Source: Callorhinchus milii (lineage: Eukaryota). From it: DNA of 64,000 nucleotides. Below the pieces are notes generated by a model, which saw only the letters and a program-made list of their open reading frames with translations, was not told the origin of the DNA and made no database searches. This document shows positions 1 through 11,242 of this stretch, piece after piece (the stretch's first letter is position 1; the number at the start of each line of letters is the position of its first letter). The position numbers and the translations under genes were made by a program. The stretch spans positions 79,238,001 through 79,302,000 of the forward strand of contig NW_024704742.1 in the NCBI RefSeq assembly GCF_018977255.1, read 5' to 3'.

Positions 1-440
1 CCTAATTCAGGAGAACGAGGAGGGATGATGGAGTATTTTGCAATCTCTTTAATAGAGTACAATCCCTTTTCTATTTGCTGAGCTTCAAGTACATCAATAT
101 ATCAAAGAATGTAGATAGCTGTTTTGTGCACATCTTGCACCGAGAGCAGAAGAAATCGATATGGTAATATTTACAGAAAGCTTAATTCAAAGTTAGTCTT
201 TCCCTGCTCAGAATAATAATCGCACACTGAACCATTTATCTCCCTGTGCTCAAGAATTGAGATTTGGTACAGTAATATAGACAAATGAAGGAAGGTGCCT
301 TTGGCAGTGATAAGTGCTTCTTAAACCTCTCCATCTGACAACAGCTACCAAATTATTTAAACGTCATTGTTTTTTTAAAAAGCATAACTAATTTATGAGT
401 TAGGAAGGATGTTCTTTTTTCTTGAGGACTGGAATTAGGG

Positions 441-454
441 GTTGCCATGGAAAT
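441..454. promoter_or_regulatory. RFX X-box-like palindrome
   Basis: GTTGCCATGGAAAT matches GTTGCCATGGAAAC at 13/14. Motif match only. Confidence 0.25.
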
Positions 455-502
455 GAATTATCGTTGGTTGAGTGCATCATTCTGCTTTAATAACACACTC
501 AC

Positions 503-571
503 CTTGTACTTTTGAGAGAGTTTCACATGGCTATCTTTGTGTCTCGGAAGTGCAGTACAACATTTTTGGCA
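503..571 (-). CDS. Candidate 69-nt internal coding exon of an unidentified host gene (CQKCCTALPRHKDSHVKLSQKYK, phase 0/0)
   Basis: On the minus strand a pyrimidine-rich acceptor (tttgtttttatttgtacccacctcgtag) precedes it and a perfect AAG|GTGAGT donor follows. Length is a multiple of 3 and only one frame is open. Peptide not recognised. Confidence 0.4.
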
Positions 572-1279
572 CTACGAGGTGGGTACAAATAAAAACAAAG
601 TGAGCAAGGAATAGCATAAAGACTAACTGCACAGCAGCATAATAATTGCTAGCTGGCATGTCCAAACCATTTTTTGTATCCTGTAGGTGTATTAAAAACT
701 CGAAAATCTTTTCATACTCTTCTGACCTCAAACTTTATTAAAATGATCTCCTTAGACAGGCCATTTATATTGGCAACTCTGCCACATCATTGTATGTGCA
801 CAGACACACACAATACTTCTGATCTGACTCAATACCTATTGGCAAATGATTCACTTTGTCATTATATCCATTTTGACAATGCTGGTTTAAACTTGAGCTT
901 CTCATAGATTGTACAAGAATCAATTGCTGGTGCGAGTGGACAGTTTAACTGGCCTGAACTCAGATCTGCATATACATATGCAGAGTCCAGTATCATGAAG
1001 TTATTAGAATGTTGCAGTCAATTCAAAGAAAAATCGGGAGCGTGATATTGACCTCACATTTTCACACCAAGCCCTTCAATACATCTGTGAACAATATAAG
1101 TGCACTGCATAAGCATTGCTCAGTGACTTAGAATAATCCTTATACTTGTTATAGCGCCTTTCACGTCGGGAAGTTGCCTCAAAGTGCTTCACAGGATACA
1201 GTGTAAAGTGCAGTCACTGCATTTTGTAGGCAACCTGTTCCTTTGTTTAGGTGATGAGGGTTCACTTCACATGTCCCAG

Positions 1280-1700
1280 CTTGGCTCAGAGGTAGCATTC
1301 ATGCCTCTGAGTCAAAGGTTGTGGGTTCAAGCTGCACGTTGGGATTTGAAATCACATAGTCCAAGCTGATACTCAAATGTGATGCTGTGGATATGCTGCA
1401 TTGTTGGAACTGTTATCCTTCAGTTGAGATGTTAAATGAGTTCCCGTCTGCTTCTTCAGGTGGAAGTTAAACATCCCATGGCATCAGTCAAAAACAGTAG
1501 AGAGTTTCTCCCGGTGTCCTGGCCAACAAATTGGCTACTCACTCCATGGCTGTTTGTCGGACACTGCTGTGTGCAATTGGCCTTATTTCGTCCACTAAAT
1601 GCACAGTTAAACCTCTTTACAATATAATCTCTGAAGCACCTTGAGATGCTTCAATGATGTGATAAGGCACTATATCAAATGGCAGGTATATTATTATTAA
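1280..1700 (+). mobile_element. Old tRNA-derived Deu-domain SINE (SacSINE1/AmnSINE-like), family B
   Basis: Head ggctcagaggtagc...ggttcaagc, body gagatgttaaa...catcccatggca, Deu-like ctgtttgtcggacactgctgtgtgcaattggc, (ATT)n tail. Confidence 0.75.
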
Positions 1701-3225
1701 TGCAATATGCCTAATCACATCATTAAGAGATCTCAAAGTTCTTCACTGGATTTTGCCATGATGTGCAGTTACTTTGTATTTGCAGACAATTATCTTATAG
1801 TGTAAGAAGGAAGTCAATGTAAAACATCTCCCTTCAGAATCCATCACTGGCAGCAAAGTTTATTCCATTCTGAGCCTATTAACGTACTGTTCCATGTCCT
1901 ACATCTTACTTAATTTCTTGTCACTTTTGCTCTGTTCCCTTTAAAGTAAACTTTTACATTCTCTCATGGATGTAACCCTTGACTGCCTTTCCACATCCCG
2001 AGAACAGCCCTTGCCATTATGCATTAGTCACTCACCCACCTCCATCTTAACAAATGTGATGAACAGTTAGACTTTGGGGAGTTGCTGTGTTCCAGTTTTA
2101 ATTGGCTTCTAGTCTGTGCCGACTGAACTGATAAGCATGCAGATTGGTACACAGCCCAACAGAACAAAATAATTTATTTTCATTTACTCGGCATCGAGTG
2201 CAAGCAAGCCTTCAAACAAAAATTAGAGTTCAAGTGCTATGGGCATACACACAAACCTTCAGCAAACTTACCTCCAGCTAAGTCTCTCTCTTTTTCTCTC
2301 TCTCTCTCAAGTCGTTGAATGCAAAGGAGAATGCAAAGTCAGAGTCTGATAGCAGCAGGTCCATCCAAATCATGAAGGACCATTAAAATACCCAGATGAC
2401 TAAGAGAAACAGCTCAAGTTATTTTTTCTAGCTCTATAAAGCAAGCTAAGAATGACACTGAGGTCCATTTGGGGGCTGATATTGAATATTCTTATCACTG
2501 ACACAGAATATTGCAATAATAACTCTCCATAGTATCAGTAAGTATGAGCAACAGCAACAGCAAATAACATTTGTATATCGCCTTTCGTCAGGAGGATGTC
2601 CCAAGGTATCTTGTTGTTAACTTAATTAGCCCCTTATGAGTTCATAGGGAAAGACTGGATCTTTTATTTTGTTTCATTTCTTTAGCCCCAAAATGTCAAA
2701 GGATAGCGATGCTGAATTAGTCAAGTATTATAAGTCCACTGGGAAAGATCGCTATGATTAATATGCATTAAAACATGACTGTAGCTCTGCAGAAAAATAC
2801 AACAGGTTTACTTTCATATTAGGAAGAATGTAGGTTAATAACTTTCATCTCTTTTTTGCAATAATTGCCAGACAAAATAATTGCTTTCCCTATCAGATGA
2901 ACTCTCCTATCACACACATGTAATGCGTTCATATTTTCACAGAAGACAAGATTAATGCAACTGTGGGGTTGAAGAAGTGTCAATTCCAAAATAAAAACAC
3001 CTACTAAAGTCATCTGAGCTTTGGGAAGCTCATATTTGGCATGCCAGCTCATAAGATCTAAGCACTGGCCTGAGATCCTGTGTGTTGGCAGGGTATATAG
3101 TAACTGCCCTGAGCAAAGGTAGGTTATGTCACAAGGAATTTTATCTCAGGATAATCTCCTCAAGTACTTTTTCAACCTTATTTTTTCTGTTCCTTAAAGT
3201 GTTTTGCGTTAGAAGGACCATTCCT

Positions 3226-3755
3226 AATAATAATACTGTTTGATTTGATATAATACCTTTCACGTCATGAGGATGTCCCAAAGCATTTCACAGAATATAT
3301 TGTAAAGTGAGGTGTAGTCACTGTTTTTATTTTGTGGGCGAACACGGCAGCCAATTTTATGCACAACAATGTCCCACAAATAGTCATGAAGTGAATGACT
3401 AATCTTATTGCCCCACCTCCGCTCGGGTGTTAATCCCTGAATGTTCAGCACCTTGGGACATCCTCTCGATGTGAAAATTGCTTTACAAACATAATTTTGT
3501 ATTGTGTTCAGTGGACTATTAGCCAGGACATTAGAAGAAGATCCCTTCTGTTTTTGAATAGTGCCACAGGAACTTTACCATCCACTTGAACAGGCAGTTG
3601 GGACCTCATTTTAACATCTTATAGGAAAGACGTTACCTCCAAAAATGGAGCATACTTGATGTGTCACTTAGTTAATGAGTTCCAAGTCCCCATGTGGCAT
3701 TGGACCACAACCTTCTGACTCAGGCACAAGGGTACTACCAATTGAGCCACGGTGA
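3226..3755 (-). mobile_element. Family B SINE split by an L2 3' fragment (+ strand, ~3410-3505)
   Basis: Reverse-complement tail and Deu part at 3226-3405, head at 3510-3755. The intervening gctcggg...ccttgggacatcctctcgatgtgaaa is an L2 tail. Confidence 0.65.
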
Positions 3756-5938
3756 CAGACAAATTCTCAAAAAGACAACATCTTGGTTGTGCTGAATCAC
3801 AGCCAGATAAGACTCCCAATTTTAGCTTTTGAGAACAACAGAACAATAGCAAAACAGATCAAAGGAAACTATTCCAGCAAAAAGAGGGAGAGGAAATCAC
3901 AGGAAGGAAAGCAGTTAAGCATTTCTACATTTTTAAAAAAACGCTTTTACCATTGTAGATTTACACTTTACCTCAATGGAAGAGTAGTTTTAATTTCCTC
4001 TCACAAATAAGAGGGTCACTGCCATGCTTTGCTGCATCAGTTAGATTGATTTCCTGTGCCAAGTTAACACCTGCTCAATTAAACTAGATTCACTCCTAAT
4101 CTCTATACCCAGTGTCAGCTATAATCTTCCTCCTTCACTTGGTAATGAGCTCAATAATATCCCTTTTTGGTGACAATAATTGGTCCTATTTAAATAAATT
4201 AAAGGCACAGAATCTCCTTTTTCAGATTATTTTTAGAAGATTCACATTTGTGAAATACTATACTTAAAAACAAACACATTTAGATGCTCAAATCAGAAAT
4301 GTCTGTAAAGAAGATAGTGACAAATGGGAAAAATTGCCATTAGGTTGTGCATCAAAACTTAGAGAGGAAGAAGGGCATCAAACAATGCTATAATACTAAA
4401 AAAGAAAACGCAGGTTGGGAGAAATGTAAATATTAAGAAAAGGACTGAAATAAGGTGGGACTGAATGGCAAATATGATGAAGTAAGTGAAGAGAAGAAAA
4501 GTGACTGAGGACTGAAGGTATGATAATAATCCTTATATTTGATACAGCACCAGCCTAAACTGTGAGTTCAAAGTCCTGACGTTGGCTTGATAATTCACCA
4601 ACAAACACAGATTCTCCACCAGATACACACATTGAAATAAAATAATTAAAGCATGCAGCATGTGTCTGTGTCCTCTTCCCCTACAAAAGTATGTCACTTA
4701 GTCTGTGTGACACCACAGATCAGACTGGAGAAAATCAACCACAACAACAACTTCATGGGCAGAACCTTTCTGAACTATTAACAGTGGTGGAGCTCAATGC
4801 TGAGCCAGGGAGAAGCTTTGAGGGAATTGTAATTAAAGATTGCATTTGGAATTACTGATTGCTTCATGAGCAAATAAACATTTGTCATGTGAAACACTGG
4901 CACTGGGAGATATGCGGTTATTCACTGGAAAGCAAGGCAATATCCAACAGTAATCAGAAAGGAACAATGTGAAGAACTCTATATTATCGGAGTGAAATAA
5001 AACAAAGTTATTTAAATGAAGATGCTTACAGTGCCTCATAAATTTTTAAATGATTCTATGAATCACTGTGAGTTCATTAGTGTTCTGACTGCAAATGTAA
5101 CTCTTCATTTATATTTACCAAAAATAGTCATCAAATGTTAACTCAGCACAGATAGAATATCTTACATGCGGTGCTATTTATGAATTATTATCATTTATTT
5201 ATTGGCAAAAGGAAAGCAAGAATAGCTTGAAGGCAAAAGCCATTCTCTGCCATTTGCAAATAACTAGCTTGCAAAGAACTTAGCAAAATGAGACTTACTG
5301 TTTACTGTCAGATAACCAGACAGTCTGAAGAATTTTATTGACGCAAATCAAATAGACACAGGTACTTTTTTTAAAAACATGGAACAAAAACGTAAATCTG
5401 GACTGAAATGAAAAGTATGTGAAGCATTCATTCCTGACCATGCACAGCCCTCTATCTTTGCTATTGCTCTGTCCACACTCATTAGTGCTGTAATTGAAAC
5501 TGTCTGTTCAAATACCTGAGAGCAGCAATTGTAAATTTCTGCTTCCTTCTCCACTCATAGCTAATTTGTTTTATGTCAAGGTGACGTGGGGCATGTTACT
5601 GTAATCCCAATGTCAGTGGAGTACTGAACCCAGGCACACCTGCCTTACACAATAAAATGTATCCGTGCATATTATGTGGTGACCCCATTAATAAGTGCCT
5701 CTCTGAAGTCAAATTTATTTATAATCTAATAATCATTGCGTTTGATATAGTGCTTGATCAAGTCATCAATACATCACAAAGTGCTTTACAGGATTTTACT
5801 GTAAAGTGTAGTGACTATGTATTTTCACAAACACAGCAGACAATCTGCACACCACAATTTTACACAAAATCCCATGAAATGAATGAACAATTTTATTTGC
5901 GGGATTGTTGGCCAGGGCACTGAGTGAAACTCCCTTCT

Positions 5939-6270
5939 CATAAGAACATAACAAATGCTAGACGAAAAAAGACCAAAGACCAAGGTCCATCTAGTTCGCC
6001 ATCCACTAGTTCGTCTTCCACCTTTCTGATGGTCACATGCACATCTGTCCCATGTACTATGTACTATGTCCCATAATGTTATTTCCTAAAAGAAAACTAT
6101 CTAATCTGTATTTGAAAGAATCAACACTTCCTGCTTCAACCGTTTCCCTAGGGAATCTGTTCCACAGGTTCACTATTCGCTCACTGAAATAGTGTTTGTG
6201 TAGATTCGTTCTGAATTTACCCCCCTTCAATCGCAGGCCATGTCCTCTGGTTTTACTATTCTCTTTTCTA
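5939..6270 (-). mobile_element. CR1-like LINE 3' remnant
   Basis: cataagaacata tail. The reverse strand gives a TRGH...RIVNLWN-like CR1 ORF2 C-terminus. Confidence 0.65.
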
Positions 6271-6277
6271 ATAGTAC

Positions 6278-6480
6278 CCTGGCATCTTTAATGTCCATCT
6301 AAGTAGGAACACGGGACCTTGGTTTAACGTCTTATTTGAAGGACAGCTCCTCTAACAATCCAGTACTCAGCCAACACTATCGGAGTGTTAGCCTGGATTC
6401 TGATTTCAAAGTTCGAACATGGGGCTTGAATCCACAAACTTCTGACTAAGAGAAAACAGTGTTAGCAACTGAGCCAGGCT
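6278..6480 (-). mobile_element. Family B SINE 5' half
   Basis: ctttaatgtccatct...ggtttaacgtctt...ggggcttgaatccacaaacttctgact...aactgagcc. Confidence 0.65.
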
Positions 6481-7919
6481 AAGATCTGTTGGTCCACTGT
6501 TACCAGAAGTGCTGTGTGCTTTCAGCTTCTGGAGTGGACTACACAGCTTCCTGCACTGAAAAAATTGCCACTGTGATCTGACAGCTTGGAAGGTAACCAT
6601 TTATTCGCACTTTATTGTAACGCAGGTTCTGAGATTATGGACCCAGACCACTATGTTATAATAGGGTTGGCCTTTACTTTTATTTTGACCATAATGAGCT
6701 GTGCACTGTTGTCCACAAAGGTGAATGACTTTGAGGTCTAAAAGCCGCTGTGCTATATCTTGTTATGATGTGACTCAAAAGGTGTAACTACTCATTAAAC
6801 AAGGAAAATAGATCCTGTTGGATGGTTGCCCAAATTAAAAATGTGGGGTGAAAATGCAACATTTCACACTAGCTTCTATGTGATATCACATCAAACCTGT
6901 TAAGAAACAGGCGAATTTTAGACCAATAAATGGTTCTTGAATGGTTTCAGATTTGAACACCATCCCCTCACGAGGTAGGGAAGGCCTGGTATAAATTCTT
7001 TAAAAAGGACTCAAGAGTCATTCAAACAATATTCCCTCCTCTAGCTCGATGCATCTCATGCCAACCCAGGGGAACTCCATTCTGTTGCAATCACCTTCCA
7101 AACCAGAGATCTATGGATCAATAGAATTCCTTATTAAAATATCCTCTAAGGAAATGCTACAATTGACTCTCCATTATTGCATTAATGTAGGGTTGCTAAT
7201 TGTAGTAACCTTCATCCCCTCTGTAAACAGTCTGAGATATATTCTTAAGCATTCAGATTGTCCATATCTCAGAACAATGAAAGCCAATAAATCATCCAAT
7301 TACTGTTGTACCCAATATCTAAATAGCTCCAGTAAATTCTTAAGCAATTATGACCCCCCTCTTACACCAGAAAATGTGAGTACTAATTGCCCTGAGCGGC
7401 AATACTGACTATTGTGTTTCCAATCACTCGGTCATTACTCTTCATTTATAATACATAATAAAGCCATGTATTTATTTGTCCTGATATACGAAGATTGAGT
7501 CTGTTTCATATGTCAATCCCTATCAGTCATCACATCATATTTGTGACATCCCAGAAAGATCAACACGACTGCATTAAAGATAATTTGTGCAGAGAATTAC
7601 ACATTGTGACTGGGTTGTGCAAGTTCCCTAATTTGTCAGGCAGAAATTTGACATTTTGTAGTCAGATCCTTTTTACCTCTTGTTTGTCCGATCTCAGAGG
7701 TGAAAGGGTAGAGATATCAGCCACCATATCAGATATCTAATAAGGTCCAACAATCTTCAAATGTATATGCTTTTAACCACACAAGTTCATTATGTTTAAT
7801 GATCAGGTAATCAAATATGTTTTCAAAGCCTTTTGGAATTTAACTCTGTGCAAAGCTCATGTTTTCAATGCAGCTACCACATTAAGCACTTCAAGGACCT
7901 TTTACGCACTCATGGATAA

Positions 7920-8262
7920 TAGCAACAACACTTCGCATTTATATAACACCTTGCTTGTAGGGAGAATGTTTCAAGGCACTTCTCACAACTGACTAGGAAG
8001 GGGCAGGTGTGGGGGGAGTTGAGGAAGTTTTGATGGGAAAAGGCCCAAAACTTGGTCAAAAGGGTAGTTTTCAAGGTAGGGAGGGAGGGGACGAGGTGGA
8101 AGGACTCAGGTGGAATTCGAGAGAGCACAGGCAGAATGGCTGAAATCTTGCCCATGGATAGTGGGATGGATTGAAGGCGGAAATAGGATATGAAGCAGGC
8201 TGGAGTTAACCGAGCGGAAGGAGTGGCTAGGTGGTCTGGTTTCAGGGTGAGCTCGGAGAATG
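7920..8262 (-). mobile_element. Decayed L2 3' fragment
   Basis: (AAC)n tail and a purine-rich body similar to the L2 at 14057-14900. Confidence 0.55.
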
Positions 8263-10460
8263 GTTTGAACACACTCATGGACCAGACTCTTTAGGGGTTA
8301 TTCATAATTTTTGTTTACTTATTTGGCAGTTTGGGAGGGAGTCTATCATTTGCTGCATTTTGTTAGTAAGTCAGCTTTCAATCCAACTGTTTTACTTCTG
8401 AAGAACTTTAAACTTTTGCATGTCAGCTAGATGTCTAACACGTGCAGAAACCCATCATGTTTTACAGTATCCAAACCAGACTGAGAGCTTGATGCATGTT
8501 TAGCACCTGCACAAGGCAATTTCCCTGTTTCTGGAATGGAACGCACACTCCCTGTCTGGAGGGATAAACCAATTTAACTAATTCCAGAGAGTATTAGGTG
8601 CAGCTTGGCAAGAGACAAGACTTGGGGAACCTGGAGTGTGTGTTGTGGTACTGCTGGCATTTATCCAGCTGAAACTGCTTGCCATTGTGGACCTTAATGT
8701 CTTTAGGTGAATCAGATATAAAAGTTTGTAAAGTAAGTTCCGAAATCCTAGTACATTATATTGACTGGAATATCCTCAACAACAAATTTAATTACCACTT
8801 TTATTTCCAATAGATTTGCCACAAAACATACAGTCACTGCACTTTACAGTATAACCTGTGAAGCACTTTGGGATGTCCTCCTGGCATGAAAGGCACTATA
8901 CGAAATGTAAGTTTATTTTTACATTTCTAAAGCACGGTTCAATGCTTTTGTTGGCTGCTCACACCATCAATGCTCTTTGAATACAGACCGATAATACATA
9001 TATTTATAAAGCTGGAGCATTTCCACACCAATGATTTTAAAATAGCTGTCTTATAATAACAAAATTATCTAATACAGCAATTACAGGAGACACTGTCTGC
9101 CAGCCCCTCAGGTACAGCTATGTTTATGATACCAGAGGCTCACATTTTGCTATGTGTCAAGAAATGAAAAATGAAGTGAAATTCCTGGTGAATGGGACTA
9201 AATTTAGAACCCATTGTTCATACTTAAATACCATTTCCCCTCACTACTAGTTAATGGAATTGGCTAGATATATTAAATGTGTGGCTATTCTTATTTTTGT
9301 CACCGAGAATGGTCTTACTTTAAGCAATGTTATTACCTTTGGTCCCTTCAAGCAACTGCTATATTAGCAGAAAGATTGTGAATCTATTGAATTTCAAATT
9401 GAACGTTCATTCATTTGATTTTTGGTTCAAGTTTCAATTGGTGCTAACTCTGCACAGGTGTAAGTAAAATTTCACCTGGCTCTAGATTTACTCTATTGAC
9501 CGAGCAGTTCAAAGTGCACAGCAATTGTCAAATTCTTGAACACGGTTTTTAATTTGGAACCCAACTTTCTGAAACTGCTTTCAAGTACCAGAGAAAATGT
9601 AATGTAACTTTTAAGTTGAATTCAACAATTTACCAAATTCTACACACTCTGAAATGTCTCATTAATGGAATAACAAAATACACAGTCAATCCACTTGATA
9701 GTATATTCTGTGAAGCGTTCGAGATGTCTCAACAATGTTATAAGGCATTGCATCAATTGCAAGGTTTGTTATTATTACTATTATTAAATTTGGCGCCATG
9801 AGTAATTTCTATTCCATGAGCATTGGCCAAATGTGAAAAGGAAAATTATGAGGCTGGATCCCTAAGATCAACATTCCAGTCCAGGGGCAACAGTACTAGT
9901 AAGATACAGAAATGTTATGTGGCAGAGAAATGGATTTCCTATTGCTCCTCTACCTCCAGTTTTGATATTCTGCATTGCACAACTTTAAATAACTGAAGCA
10001 ATTTGCGCCAAGTATACAATTATTTTTGAAACACGTTGAAACACCTATCTGTATAGCAATCATTATTGGGCCACTTTCTCGTGGTCTCTATTTTGCACTA
10101 AATAACCCTGTTTAGTTTCCCCTCCCCTTACAAAAACAAGAATAAAATCAAAACACAATTTACATTTATACAGCACTTTTTACGTCGGGAGGAAGTCCAT
10201 TGTGTGAATAGCAGGACCAATTTAACCTCCCTTTAGTGAGTTAAATTCAGAATAGACCAGGATTCGAACCAATGAGTTCCTTGGTCTGTAAGATGCATTC
10301 GACCACCATAGTGCTAATTTCTTAACAAAAGAATAATAGGTTCCACTTACGTGGCTGTCCTATACAAGATACATGGGGTATTCTTGGTCGAGAGTAAAGC
10401 TTTTAACAGGAATAGATTAATTTAGTTTAGAGAGAGGTAAGAAATAGGGTAGAAATTTGT

Positions 10461-10783
10461 GGAGTCCTGTAGCTCAGTGGTTAGAGCACTCACTTTGTAA
10501 GCGAGAGACCTGAGTTCAATTCCAGGCAGCGCGAAACCTTGGGCAAGTTTCCTTACTCCACACAGAGCCTAATAATAATCCCTCCAAAATCAAAAACAAT
10601 AATAAATTGGTCATTTTCAATCTACGACTGTTTGTGGGACATTGCTATGCGCAATTGGCTGCCGCGTTCGCCCACAAATATACAGTCAATTCACTTTACA
10701 GTGTGTTCTGTGAAGCGCTTTGGGACGTCCTCCCGATGTGAAAAGCGCTATATCAAATACAAGGATTATTATTATTATTATTA
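10461..10783 (+). mobile_element. Young tRNA(Ala)-like-headed Deu SINE with L2 tail, family A (short form)
   Basis: A-box tagctcagtgg, B-box gagttcaattcc, Deu-like ctgtttgtgggacattgct, L2 stem-loop, (ATT)n. Near-identical to 44182 and 46173. Confidence 0.92.
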
Positions 10784-11031
10784 GTCTCTGTGACCAATGC
10801 TTGTCAACCATGTTACCTTGCTAAAAGCATAGAATTCTTGCACAACAAAAAAAAAATAATCCTTGCATATGATACAGTGACTTTCACGTCAGGAGGATAT
10901 CTCAAATTGCTTCACAGGTTTTATGATGAATTGTAGTGACTGTTTATTTTGTAGGTGAACATGCTAGTTTGCACAATAAATGTCCCACAAGCAGCCCATT
11001 GAAGTGAATGATCAATTTTATCTGGGGGACT

Positions 11032-11242
11032 AAAAACAGAAGTCGCTGGGAACACTCAGCAAGTTAGGCAGCATCTGTGGAGAGAAGTGAGTTAACGTTT
11101 CAGGTCGATGACCTTTGGTCAGAACCTGAATGTTAACTCATTTTCCTATCTCCATAGATGCTGCCTGACCTGATGAGTATTCCCAGCAACTTCGATTTTT
11201 ATTTCAGAATTCCAGCATCTGCAGTATTTTGTCTTTTGTTTT
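11032..11242. mobile_element. Penelope-like (pLTR-derived) foldback element inserted in an old family B SINE
   Basis: Inverted arms of ~70-75 bp (11032-11105 and 11124-11199). Flanked by direct repeats tctgggggact (11021-11031) and tctggaggact (11243-11253). Host SINE continues on both sides (~10855-11330). Confidence 0.65.

Noticed and set aside
2272..2399. Minus-strand exon with a GAG|GTAAGT donor
   Set aside because: All three frames contain stops and it includes a (GA)n tract. At most a non-coding exon, with no support.
10539..10784. Recurrent ORFs MGKFPYST...KCKDYYYY (also 16367, 31366, 43514, 44260, 46253)
   Set aside because: These are translations of family A SINE copies. Poly-Tyr comes from the (ATT)n tail, so this is not a gene family.
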